DNA of 64,000 bases from Negaprion brevirostris (GCA_030324005.1 JARDVH010000025.1:99362798-99426797), one strand, 5' to 3'; shown: positions 51,383-63,915, counted from the stretch's first letter. The notes: generated by a model not told the origin, from the sequence alone. Numbers and translations: made by a program.

Positions 51383-51975
51383 TGACGATGCTGGGTTAAA
51401 GTCCAACAGGTTTATTTGGCAGCACTAGCTTTCAGAGTCTGAAGCTTCTTCATCAGGTGAGTGAGGACTTGTGGTCACAAACAAGGCATTGTCGTACAAC
51501 AATGAATGAATGAACACCGCTTGACAATCACTAAGCAGGAGTGTTCCCTTCCAATTGGGGAACATTTCAGCCTCTGATCTCCGGGTAAACGTTCCCCAAG
51601 GTGGCCTTCATGACACACAACAACGCAGAATCGCTGAGCAGTAACTGATAACCAAGTTCCGCACGCATGAGGACGGCCTCAACCAAGATCTTGGGTTCAT
51701 GTCACGCTATCTGTAACCCCCATGACTTGCCTGGGCTTGCAAAATATCACTAACTGTCCCGACTTGACCTGTACTTGGCCCTCTCTCCACTCACATTGTC
51801 TGTACCTTTAAGATTTGATTACCTGTAAAGACTTGCATTCCAACCATTATTTTGTAACTTGAGTTTGTATCTTTGTATGCCCTGTTTGTGAACACATGAT
51901 GAAGGAGCTTGAGACTCCGAAAGCTCATGCTGCCAAATAAACCTGTTGGACTTTAACCTGGTGTTGTCAGACGAC
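51383..51975 (+). mobile_element. Truncated Penelope-like element with an inverted 5' pLTR
   Basis: Plus translation MNEHRLTITKQECSLPIGEHFS...QRRIAEQ*LITKFRTHEDGLNQDLGFMSRYL*. 51383-51489 is the reverse complement of about 51875-51970. Confidence 0.9.
51423..51459 (-). ncRNA. Minimal type I hammerhead ribozyme motif in a Penelope pLTR
   Basis: CAC-CUGAUGA-AGAAGCUUCAGACUCU-GAAA-GCUA-GUG. Both core boxes are present, stem I is CAC/GUG, and a palindromic AGCU replaces stem III. Confidence 0.65.
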
Positions 51976-51999
51976 TTCCAATATTTCTACCTCAACCAT

Positions 52000-52200
52000 T
52001 TTCTTTCAATATTTATCTTTCAATCATTGTCATTGAAACAGGTGATCTAATCATTTTTTTCATTGTTTTGAGGGGATTACTGTGTACAAATTGGAAGCCA
52101 TGTTTGCTGTATTACAATACCTGGAAAGCGCTTAATTGATTGTGAAGCACTATCGAGAATCCCTGGACCATTAACGGTGTTACATCATGCATGTTTTTCT
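52000..52200 (+). mobile_element. DeuSINE 3' half
   Basis: ctgtgtacaaattggaagccatgttt...attgtgaagcact. Confidence 0.55.
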
Positions 52201-53519
52201 TTTTGTGATGGAAATTACTGTTCTTTGATTTCTACTGTAAAATGATAGGAATACTGACTGGCAGTGGGTAAAGTGTCTTTGGAAAACATTTGCCATCGAT
52301 AGGTCCATAGAGAAATTAATGCAGGTTGTATACTCCACCTACTTGCTTTGGTCTGCATTTGGAATCCACAAAGTAATTGAGTTTGGATGCAGATGTTGCT
52401 GTGAAAAAGAACCTTAGTGAGGGGGTGGAGTGTGCATGAATAAGTAAACATACAAATCATTGAGCAATCCTGTAAGATGTTATTAAAGCAATCATCTTAA
52501 TAATTACTTGAAGGCTTTTTTTCAAATCACAGGCATTAAATTGTATTGCTGTGACCATATGTTTGTGACTGGCAATTTTCTCTTTGAAAATGTGATCTGA
52601 ACCTATTGCCTCATAGACATGGGCAATATTTTATTCAAAATTTAATGCAGATTTAAACATGCAATTCAATATAAGAGAAAACTTAGATTGTTAATGTGAT
52701 TGTGGTTTGTAATTAATAGGTCACCTCAAGCTCTCTGTGTAAATCGACCCATCAGCACACCATTCATTTCAGCTTTCTACAGCTCACTTCTTCCAGTGAG
52801 AGTATACAGCCTTAGGGAAGTGGTGAGGAATGTGAACTGAATCCATGCTGTTAGGTGAAGTTAAAACAGAGTTGCTTTCTTCGTTGGGGAGAGTTTATTG
52901 ACTTAGTTCACAATCAACATGACTTCAGCCTCTAAGTCTCCACATTTATAGGTCTACAAATGTACATTGCCTGTTTTACAATGCAATTGCCATTAAACCT
53001 TAATGTGATTAATCAGACGTTGACAAATAATGCATGTTCTCCTATAGAATGTAACTCTTGCTGTAAAATCACTTTGAAAGGTTGGATAGAAAGATTGTGA
53101 CCCATTCAAATAGTTGGTCTCAATGTTTGAATCAACAAGTGGCATACTTGAGAGCTGACATTACCTAATTTTATCAAGAGGGCACTGCTAAACCAATTAG
53201 CTCACAGCCACCTAAAAGTGTGTGTATGTGTGTAAAATATTGCCTTGTTCTGACATTGTGAAAACAATTATCCATCAGTGAATCTTTGGAAGCCAGGCCA
53301 GAAGACCTTGGATTCCCCCACCTGATCCCATTGGTTATATGCCTCCTGAAGTTTGTATGTTGATTTTTGCCAGTCCCTAAAGCAGACTAATGCATCCAAT
53401 CACTCAGGGAACAAAGGTGTGAAATTCAGGACTTCTTTAGGTGGTTAAACAGTGGCTGCAAGATCTGGAACTACGTACATTGATGAATTTTCATTTCCTC
53501 TACTCTACTGTGTAAGCAT

Positions 53520-55770
53520 TAGACAACATAGCTACAAAGGCCTATCAATCCTGTTCGGTCAATCAAGCAGATCTTGGTAGATCAGGAACCTCTATACCAC
53601 TTTTCCCCACTAACTCCATATTCTTGATGTCACAGGGATCCAAAAATCTATTGATTTTGGTCTTGAACATGCTCAATGACAGAGCTTCCAAAGATTCACA
53701 ACCCTCTGAAGAGATCCCTCCTCATCTAAATCTTAAATGTCCTGCCCCTTATCGTTAGACAATGTCTGTTAGTTCTAGACTCACCAACCTGGGAAAACAT
53801 CCTATGCACATATACCCTGTCAGGCTTTGTAAGTTTCATGAGATCACCCCTCGTTTTTGTACCTTTGAAGGACCACAGTCCACAATCTTTCCTCATTTGA
53901 CAATCTCAGCATTCCAGGATGAAGTTCTCGTACACTCCCTGCATGGCCAAGTACATCCTTCATGAGATAAGAAAACTCGAACTTTACACAATATTCCAGG
54001 TGCGGTCTCAACAAGGCTCTGTACAATTGCAGCAATCTTCACACCTGTATTCAAGCCTTTGGCAATGAAAGCCAACACACCATGTGCCTTCCTAATTGCT
54101 TCCTGCACCAGGATCCTAGCTTTTACTGACACACTAACAAGGACACGCAGATCCCTTTGGACATCAACATGTCCCAACCTCTCGTCATTTAAGAAATATT
54201 CTGTATTTCTGTTCTTTTTCTTCCCATTGTGGATAATGTATTTACATTATATTCCATCTGCCATGTTCTAGCCCATTTGCTTAGCTGTCCAAACCCATAT
54301 AAAATCTTCTTGTATTCTCCTCACAACTCACATTCCCACCAAGTTGTAGGATTGTTAGAAAACTTGGAAATATTTGGTCCCCACATCCAAATCATTTATA
54401 TAGATTGTGAACAACTTTGGCCCAAGCACTGATCGTTGTGACATCCTGGGAAGATCCTGCTATTTTTATTTTTGCGCTTTTATTGCATGGTTTTTGCAAA
54501 GTTGTCAAATACTTTATATTTTCCATTGGATTATAACTTCAGGTATCTCAGACCTTACTTTTTCATATATATATATAACCAATTCTCAATCCATAGCAAT
54601 ATGTTCGTCCAATTCCATCTTCTTTAATTTTATTTCGTAACCTCGTGTGGGATCTTATTGAAAATCTTTTGAAAAATCCGAACACTCACTGGTTCTCCTT
54701 TCTCTACGCAACAAATAACATATTCGAAAAAGAATTCCAAAAGTTTTATCAGACATGATTTCCCTTTAATAAATCCATTTTGACTCTAATCAGTCATATT
54801 GTTATTTCTCACGTGCCCAGTTATCATATCCTTTATGATGGACGCTAACATTTTCCCAACTTCTGACATCAGACTAACAGGTCAGTATTTCTCTATTTTC
54901 CCTCTCTCTCTCCCTTCTTAAATAATGGGTTTACATCTGCTACTTTCCAGTGTGCAAGAACTTATTCAGACTTCTGAAAAATAACCACCAATGCATCAAT
55001 TATCTCCATAGCCACATCCTTTAGTACTCTGAGATTTAATTCATCTTGTCCTGGGGATTTATCAACCTTCAATCCCATTAATTTTGAGTACTATATCTTT
55101 ATTAATACTAATTTCTTTCAGTTCTACATTATCACAAGCCCCCTGATTCCCTTATGTTTCTGGGAGATTTTCTGTATCTTCTTCCATAGAGACAGAACAT
55201 GTTTAATTTCTCTTTCATTTCCCTATTCTCCACTTCCCAATCATTGCTTTTTCATATCCTTATAAAGGGGAGCTGTAAAAGCTTCATTGTTTTCTGCAAC
55301 TCACATTCATATTCTACTTTACATTATCAATTTCTTGCACATCTTTGTTGAATTCTAAATTGCTCCCAATCCTCAGGCTCGTTAAATGCTTGTAGATGAT
55401 GGAGGAATAACAGAGCAGCTTGTCTTTTACCTATGGCAAATTTATTGTGCATCCGAGTCAAAAGAGGTACAAGCTCCATTTAGAATCCCGATCATAACTA
55501 TTTCAATTAAGCCCATTTGTATCTTTTGAATATTGAGTCGATAACCATCATCTGTCACTAACAAGGCAATTAGCCCAATAGTGTAATTTGCCAAGCCATG
55601 CACTTATTGATACGTTGACACATCGATTAGGCTTACCACTTTGTTTAGCAACCTTATAAGCTCCTCCTTTTGATCTGGTGCAATCTTTTATTAACCACAG
55701 TTGAGTCACCCTTCCTGTTGGGTTTTTGTGACTGAGAGGACTATGTTTTTGTTGCAGACTCTGCAACGCT
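53520..55770 (-). mobile_element. Old CR1 LINE, RT through 3' end
   Basis: MLQLYRALLRPHLEYCVKF; VDVQRDLRVLV...VQEAIRKAHGVLAFIAKG. Confidence 0.85.
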
Positions 55771-55789
55771 TGTTTAAGTATTAGATAAA

Positions 55790-56172
55790 TGAGAAATGGT
55801 CGAGGGCTATTGGATGCCAGCACACTGTGGGACACTCTCCATACTCTCCACTCTCCATAGGACTAGGGGGCACAGCCTCAAGATAAAGGGGGGAGCGGTT
55901 TAGAACGGAGTTGAGGAGGAACTTCTTCACTCAANNNNNNNNNNNNNNNNNNNNNNNNNNNNNNNNNNNNNNNNNNNNNNNNNNNNNNNNNNNNNNNNNN
56001 NNNNNNNNNNNNNNNNNNNNNNNNNNNNNNNNNNGCGAGGGGATTAAGGGTTATGGGGAGAGGGTGGGAATGTGGAACTGAGACACGACAGATCAGCCAT
56101 GATCTTATTGAGTGGCTGGGCAGGCTCGAGGGGCTAGATGGCCTACTCCTGCTCCTATTTCTTATGTTCTTA
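55790..56172 (+). mobile_element. Young CR1 3' end
   Basis: ggactagggggcacagcctcaagata...gaggaacttcttcactca and tail gatcagccatgatcttattg...cctactcctgctcctatttcttatgttct. Confidence 0.85.
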
Positions 56173-57659
56173 TACCAAACCTCTGATAGTGCCAGGAATG
56201 ATATCCTTTTTCGGGGCTCTCTGCCAGAAATATGCAAATTTTCTGACACAGTGAGGATGAAGATGTAGAGAATCATGTACAAGACATCACTCTATGCTGT
56301 TCCATCCTGCTGCAAGAGAGCTCTCAAGTTGTGAGATGGAGACTTCAGAGGGAGTTTATGGGTATTTGTGACAACGGATAGCTCTGACCTGAGGCTGCTC
56401 AATACACTGTGCTGAGTCAAGGTGTAACGCAGACTCTGTCACTCAGGTGGTCCTGGGTGTGAGATGAACATACTATCAAGGCATGTGGAAAGTTTTAATA
56501 TATGATGCATTACACATATGAAGAGATTTTCGGAAGTCAAGGCCAATCAGATGTTTCTCCATTATTCCCCTGGATTTTCATTTTCATTTATGTGCTGCTG
56601 AATAGAGGACTAAAATCACTGCCATCAGCGTAATTAAAGTCCTACTAAATATCATTTGTGTTTTCCTCCTATTCTGCAACGATAGGTGTGTTATTCATAA
56701 AACCAAAAATGCAAATTATATTGGTTAAGTTGTCATTTTGAATTGCTGTAGCACCATTGGATAGGGCTCACGACAATGTTTCATCTATAAAAACTCTGCA
56801 GAGGAAATTGGGTCTGTTTTAACAAAACATCATACGTTCTCTGACATTTTGTCACATCTCCACTTATAGCGTGACAGCCGAGCCAGTCTTTGTATTTTCA
56901 ATAGGTTTATGATTAAACTGTGGCAATCGAAAGGATGTGACAAGCCTGTCAAGGAAGTGATTACAATGTGTGAAGATCAGCTTGGTGTTGAACATGGTGA
57001 CTGTTTTTTGTTGTAAAGCCAGTGTGATCAGGTACAGAAAGCCATTAAAATTGAAAAGAACAGGAGTGGAGTGAAATAAGAAGTAATTAAATTGTGTTGT
57101 TTTGGATTCCCTGCATTCCAACAGTGGTGACATTTCAAAAGGCCTTCATTGAGCACCTTGGGGTGCTCTGAAGCCATGAAAGAAGCATGGAATCCCTACA
57201 GTGCAGAAAGAGGCCATTGAGCCCATCAAGTTTACACTGACACTACGAAAGAGCATCTTACCCAGGCCCACCCTCTATGAAGCAGCAGTGCTAACTACTG
57301 TGCCATCACACTATCGCACTTAAGGCACTGTATTAATGTAAACACACATTATTTCTTTTTAAAGCGTTTAGCTTGGAAGAGGTAAAAAAGGCTCAGGGAG
57401 GTAAAGACTGTTGAGAAAAGAAAATCAAGAACATATTGAAGAAATCCACAGGGTGAAAACTCCAATTCTCTCTTGCACAAGCCACAAACCTCATGAGCAG
57501 TACATCAATCAATGAGAAACCTGTCCACAATCCAGAAAAGGCGAAAATAAAAATACAATTTAAACAATACAGTGTGACATTACTTTCAATGTAATTGTCT
57601 GACATTCTTATTTCTGCAATTTTAATGAAGCCATTTAAAGTAAATATTGATTTGGTGTT

Positions 57660-57990
57660 CTTTGTTCTTTCACAGGATGTGGGCATAGCATATATTGTCC
57701 ATTCCTCATCCCCTTTGAACCAAGAGGTTTCAGAGGGCAGTTAATAGTCAATCACATTGCTGTGGGTCTGGAGTCACATGTAGGCCTGGATAGATAATGC
57801 TGGTAGATTTCCTTCCCAAATGGACATTGTAAACCAGATGAGTTTTTACAACAATCAAAAATAGTTTCATGATCACCTTTACTGTAGCCAGCTTCATACT
57901 CTTGATTTATGAACTGAATTCCAGAGCATTAGCCAGTGTCTCTGGGTTACTTGTCCAGCAATATTACCACTGTGCCATCATCTCCCCAGG
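57660..57990 (-). mobile_element. tRNA-derived SINE (same family as 4115 and 13660)
   Basis: cacattgctgtgggtctggagtcacatgtaggcc...aaccagatgagtttttac. Confidence 0.75.
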
Positions 57991-58279
57991 TAAACACCAA
58001 TTACAACGATATCAAACTGTATCATTTCAAAGTGACTGCAAATATTAACTCTGAGAGCAACTCGGGATCACTCTTCTGAATGGTCTTTCAGAATAGCCTT
58101 AATATTTGCAGAGTGTTTCAGTATTAACATTGAGGACCACTTAGAAAATTTGATTCCCTTCATCTTCTCTGACCATCTTCATGTCTTCCCTCCCAGTTGT
58201 CTTCAGAGAGTTAAAGTTATAAGTAAAAGTCATGCACGTTCAGTGACAGCTAGAACTCATGTTTCTCCCAAGTAGATAA

Positions 58280-58560
58280 GTAGACTGGGTGTAATTGGCC
58301 AGGTTTGATTTGTTCTGCTTTTTGTGTATAGGACATACCAGGGCAATTTTCCACATTGTTATGTAGATGCCATTGTTGTAACTGTCCTGGAAGAGCTTGG
58401 CTAGGGGAGCGGCAAGTTCTGGAGCACAGGTCTTCAGCACTATTGCCGGTATGTTATCGGGGCCCATTGCCTTTGCAGGATCCAATGCTTCCAAAATGTT
58501 TCTTGATATCATGTACAGCGAATTGAATTGGCTGGAGTCTGGCATCTGAGATGCTGGGGA
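58280..58560 (-). mobile_element. CR1-clade LINE (family B) ORF2 fragment
   Basis: LDPAKAMGPDNIPAIVLKTCAPELAAPLAKLFQDSY...WKIALVCPIHKKQNKSNLANY. Confidence 0.9.
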
Positions 58561-60879
58561 GCACTAGAGCAGTGAATTGGCTGGGGTTTTTACAAAAATC
58601 CACAAAAGATTCATGGTCACCATTACTGAGTCAAACTGTTATTTTCAGATTTTGTTCATTGAGTTTAAATTCCACCAGCTACCATGATGGGATTTGTACC
58701 TGTTTCCTCAGAGCATTGGTGTGGGTCTCTGGATTGTCCAAGGATATTACCAGTGTCTCTTCACCATTCAAAAATACCCCAAGCTGCAATTTAAGAAAAC
58801 TGAGTGAATTCTCCTGCTGCCCAAGCCAATAGTAATGCCTAAAGTAGCACTATTAAAAGCAGACTATAAGAACATTTACCTCACTGCTGTGAAACCTGAT
58901 GGCGAACAAAATAATACTGCATTTAGCTCAACAACAACAGAGTGCACTCAAACACCAATTATTTACCTGTGAAGTATTTCAGGATTCCCTGAAGAAAAGC
59001 AGTATATTATTATCACTCCATCTCTCCCTCCCATCTTTTTCCTTCCTTTCCTCTTTCATTTTACTTTTCATACAATTACCCCAGAATCATTCCAGAGCAT
59101 TCTATGGCAGAATGTATTTGGCAAGCTGACTAGCTTTCTCTGTCTTTACTTAACATGTATCATTTCAGGCGAAGCAGAAATGAATCTTGAATGAGTCAGC
59201 CTCCCAGCGGGCAGAGTAACATCACAACCAAGAGAGTTCGAATGCACAAGCATAAAAGTTGAACTTGTGGCATGAGCTGTTTTTTTTCCTGAAATTGGAT
59301 AGTTATCGCCGCAAACTAGAAGGTTTTAATCATTTCTAACTGCAGTCGTTACTTAGAAGAAGGTGCTCCACGCGTCATCAAATCTGTGCATGGTCCAGCA
59401 GTCTGCTTAAGGTACTAACTGTACTGCAATGGTTGAGTCCATGTCACAGATCTGTTGCATGCAGAAATTTGATACTGATCATTCTCTTAGTTTTAACTAA
59501 TGCTCTTTTCATTCTTCATTCAATCTAATCAAGGAGTGTTAAAACATTTTCGTGAGCAAGAATATGAATTTATGGGCTCTATTAATGACAACATTGCACC
59601 GTTCTGTGACAACCTTGAGTCCAGCTTGCAGGAAAGTGCAATATGTGCTTGTTGTTTGGCCAGGTCTATTGTTTGTAAGTACTCATCAATACACTCGTTA
59701 CTGTTTGTCTTTGTATTCTAGGAGTTATTGGAAGAATGATCCCGAGTTGCCACTTTCATAGCCTTTCTAATTATGTGTATGAAGCAGTTATCACACCACT
59801 AAAATTTGAAAGCTTATTGGCACCGGTTTGAATGAGATAATGAATGGTCATTCAGAACAGCCTTCATATTTGCACAGTGAAATAAATATTTTAATGTCTG
59901 CTGTGTTAGAAAGAGACAATAAATGTGTTTGTTACAGCAATATTTTATTTCATGGCCCTATTGAGAGCTTTTTAGGAAGTTTTTTTTGTAAATTATGCAT
60001 GCACAACTGAACACCCTGTCACGTCCACTATATTACTTTGAGAGGGTTGACCTCCAGGGGATATATTTACCCTTTTGCTATCTTAATAATTGCTACGATT
60101 CTGGGATTAAAATCTTTCGCCACATTTATACCTTCATTTAAGGTTCAGTGCAGTGTCAGTGTAAGTTATTGGGTGCCAAATTTGTTTCTGTTTTATAATG
60201 AAAATGGAAATTAACTGCCAACAGAAGAATAAAATTAGGGAATGTTCTTGTGGCAATTCATCCACATTTGCTTGAAAATTTACAGTTCAGCCTGATAAAT
60301 TAATCTGAAGAGAAAGATCAAGTTCGTCATTGCAANNNNNNNNNNNNNNNNNNNNNNNNNNNNNNNNNNNNNNNNNNNNNNNNNNNNNNNNNNNNNNNNN
60401 NNNNNNNNNNNNNNNNNNNNNNNNNNNNNNNNNNNATTAATCTGAAGAGAAAGATCAAGTTAGTAATTGCAACAGCCAGTCTGCTATTTACCTGCAGACA
60501 TCATTCCATAAGCTTGTTCTTCTGCTGTTCGACTGAACATGAAAGTCATAACCCCAATCGACTGAAAGTGCCAAAGTGTCCTTTAGAGTAACACGGATAG
60601 AGTTAGCACACATCAGCGACAGGAAATCATTGTGTACCTCCAGGAAGAACATGATCATCTGCAAGGTGATGGGAGAAATGCTCCAAACCTGTGATTTAAA
60701 TGGATTTTTGTTTTACATGGAGCTGGCTTCCCCAGTTCCTCAGCCTGAAAGTAAAGATACATTTCGCAGCATTGCTCTGTGTGCATTTACTGTCCTCCAC
60801 AACCTAATTTAAACTGCCAATTATTCATATCTGAGTCCAGACACTGCAAACAACCCATTATTAAAAAAAAGATTGAATT

Positions 60880-61510
60880 TATAATGGAACATAAAGTTTG
60901 AGATATTTTGCTGTCATTGTATAGAGCATTGGGGAGATCAGATCGAGAGAATACTGTGTAGTGTTTTGGTCTCCTTTGTTTAAGAAAGGATGCAAATGTA
61001 CAGGAAGTAGTTTCGAAAAGGTTCACTCAACTGATGATTGTGATGAGGCAGGGGGAGGTGGGGGTGGACCTTGCAAGGAAATGTTGGACATGCTGGGCCT
61101 GTAGTGATTACGATTTTGAGAGACGAGCTTATTGAAATATATCAGGCTCTGAGGGTACATGCCAAGGTGGAAGTTCAAAGCATGTTTCACCTTGNNNNNN
61201 NNNNNNNNNNNNNNNNNNNNNNNNNNNNNNNNNNNNNNNNNNNNNNNNNNNNNNNNNNNNNNNNNNNNNNNNNNNNNNNNNTGTGGAACTCTCGTTCCTA
61301 AAGAGCGGTGGAAACAGGGTGAGAGGCAGGGTTAATGAATTTTTTTTTAAGGCAGAGGTAGATAGGTTCTCGACAAACAAGGAAGTCAAAGGTTATCAAG
61401 CATAGGCAGATTGTGGAGTTCAGACCGCAGTCAGATCGGCAATGAATTTATTGAAGGTCGGAGACTTGAGGGTCTGAATGGCCTCTGTCTGTTTCTAATT
61501 CATATGTTCA
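60880..61510 (+). mobile_element. CR1 LINE 3' fragment
   Basis: ttgtatagagcattgg...atactgtgtagtgttttggtctcc; LRDELIEIYQAL. Confidence 0.75.
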
Positions 61511-61514
61511 GATG

Positions 61515-61810
61515 GACATCTTTCACAACCAGAGAGTACTTCACAACCAATGAAGTATGGTTGCTGTTGTAATGTCAAAAGCGTGGCAGCCAGTAAGGAT
61601 GTAGCACCGCAATCACATCAGATTAATTTATTTTATTTTGTAGTGATGTTGACTGTAGGATAAATAATTACCAGGATACTTGGGAGAACGTCTTGCTCTT
61701 ATTAGGGTAATGCCCAGAGATCTTTAACACCCACCTGAATACAGTCAGGGTTTTGGTTTAACATACCATCAAAAGGTAGCATCTCTGATAGTGCAGCACT
61801 TCCTCTATAC
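61515..61810 (-). mobile_element. DeuSINE
   Basis: caaccaatgaagta...ccaggatacttgggagaac...gatctttaacacccacctga...gtgcagcacttcctc. Confidence 0.65.
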
Positions 61811-61855
61811 AAAGACTATCGAGAAGACATGTTCAAACACTTGCAGTTGGACTTG

Positions 61856-61991
61856 GGGCCAGATTCTCCGATCTTGCCCTCAGTTGGGATTCTCCGGTCC
61901 TGCTGCAGGGAATGAAGATTAGGCTGAGTGCCAAATTCTCTGTTCTCATTGACAGCAGCGACGAGGTGTGAACAGCTGGAGAATTTTGGCC
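61856..61991. mobile_element. MITE with an apparent 3-bp TSD (ttg)
   Basis: ttg|gggccagattctcc ... ggagaattttggcc|ttg, homologous to 12840-12968. Confidence 0.7.
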
Positions 61992-62094
61992 TTGAAGTCT
62001 CCAACTTCTGCCATGGAGGCAAGAGGCTAATACAGAGCCAAGGCTGGCACTTACCATTGCAGCATAAAAATAACCGTATCCTCATTTTAGAAAA

Positions 62095-62578
62095 AGCACA
62101 CACACATCCGCTCACATTCACGTACTCATTCACACACACTCACACTCACACTCTCTCTCACATACACACACCCACTCTCTCACACACTGTTTCTCACACT
62201 CACTGTCTCTCTCACACTCACTCCACTGTCTCTCACACACTCACTCCTCTCTCTCTCACATACTCACTCTCTCTCTCACATACTCACTCTCTCTCTCACA
62301 TACTCACTCTCTCGCTCACATACTCGCTCGCTCTCATACTCTCTCGCTCACATACTCTCTCGCCCGCCCTCTCTCTCTGTCTCGCTCACACTCTCTCTCT
62401 TTCTCTCTCTCGCACACTTTCTCTCTCCTCGCACACTTTCTCTCGCACACTTTCTCTCTGTCTTGCACACTCTCTCTCTCTCACTCATTCTCACTCTCTC
62501 ACACATTCACTCACACACACACTCTCTCTCTCTCACACACACACTCACTCTTACTCTCTCTCACACACACTCACTCTG
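62095..62578. repeat. Compound (CT)n/(CA)n low-complexity tract
   Basis: Read directly. It accounts for the spurious 260-aa ORF. Confidence 0.95.
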
Positions 62579-62849
62579 ATCCATTTTTCCTTAGTGAGTT
62601 ATTGGGCTGCAAATATGACTCAGAATTCTGGTTTGCTTCACACGTTTTCTAATGCAGTGTACAAAGTCCAACTGTCATATTGTATCACAGCCCCTTCTGA
62701 GTTCAGATGATTCTTTTCAGATTGAACATCGAACCTTGCTGGTCTTCGTGCCATATTGCCATATCTACCTTAATCTTTGGCGGGAAGTGGGGAGGATTGG
62801 GAATGATCTAAGCATCAACCCTACAGAAATGAAATGTACCAATCGTTTA

Positions 62850-63072
62850 AATTTGCTGGAAAATCTGGACCGATCTGCGAGAGCTTTTGTGGAGAGAGAA
62901 CAGAGCTAATGTTTTGAGTCCGGCTGACCCTTCCTCAGAACATCCCTGGCAAAGAGCCATCCAGACTCAACATTGGCTCTATTCNNNNNNTCTCTCTCCA
63001 CAAATGCTGTTGAGATTTTCCAGCATTCTCTGTTCCCATTTCAGATTGAAGCATCCGCATTAATTTGCTTTT
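62850..63072. mobile_element. Inverted pair of pLTR-like repeats (second Penelope-type family) with decayed hammerhead motifs
   Basis: tgctggaaaatct...gtggagagaga and tctctctccac...agattttccagca are inverted. The minus strand reads ctgaggaagggtcagccggactcaaaacatta. Confidence 0.6.
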
Positions 63073-63714
63073 ATTTACGTTTGACAGTCTGGTAATATCA
63101 CAATAGCAAATCCAATGGAAGTTCATTAGTGACCTTCTTCATGTTTTCTCAAAGCATAAACCTGACAGCTTTCATTCACTCCTGATCTGCGTTATTTTTC
63201 TACCCTCCTGAAAAGGTAACACATGGCTCATTTTTACTTGCCTTGGGAGTGTGGCATTTTGCCTGTGCTGTGTCAGAACCTGAGCACTCCTGCAGTGATT
63301 TCTGATATTACATTTCAGACACTCGCTGCAAATGCCGTGAGATTGGTGGCCTCTTTTTCTGCCTGGAATGAGCACAGAAAACTAATTTGCACTCTGTGCA
63401 GTCTGAACGGGCTCAAGAGCCTTAGGTGGCTCACCTCTTTCTTGAGCCGAGGAAATAATGAACATTTCTGTGAGGGTTTTGTTACTTAGCTACAGCACAG
63501 ATTGGAACTGCAGATAGCAACGTTCACCTGCGTGGATCATGAACAGAATGGGAAGTTGAGAATTTGGTGAGAAAAGAGAGCAGGAGGGATAGATCGCTTT
63601 TGTCTTTAACTCTTGTGGTGCTTCATTTAAATTGAAGAGAGAACATTTTTAAAATGTTGTCAGAGCTCAGTGCATTATGCAAATGATTGTTTTTAAAAAA
63701 AAACCTGAAAGCAG

Positions 63715-63915
63715 ACTAAAGATAACTGGCTGTAAACAGTTCGAAGGATGATGGCTGAGTGGTCATGTTATGCAACAAGTCATCCCAAGGGGAAAGCCTT
63801 CTTGATCTTGTTCTCCAATCTAGCAATTGCAGATGCATCTGTCCATGACCATTGCACAGCCCTTTGGGAGGGAGTGCCCCATCTTCACACTGAGGGCAGG
63901 ATTTACTGTGCAAAC
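63715..63915 (+). mobile_element. CR1-clade (family B) endonuclease remnant
   Basis: aggggaaagccttcttgatcttgttctc...gcagatgcatctgtccatgac (RG..LLDL.L...ADASVHD). Confidence 0.55.

Noticed and set aside
59169-59260. Acceptor-like catttcag followed by purine-rich sequence
   Set aside because: Stops occur in all three frames within 30 nt and there is no clear donor.
60298-60472. Direct repeat attaatctgaagagaaagatcaagtt on both sides of a 100-N gap
   Set aside because: Same gap-edge artefact. It is not a CRISPR repeat or a TSD.
61928-62710. 260-aa His/Thr/Leu/Ser-rich ORF
   Set aside because: It is the translation of a CT/CA microsatellite that lacks stop codons.
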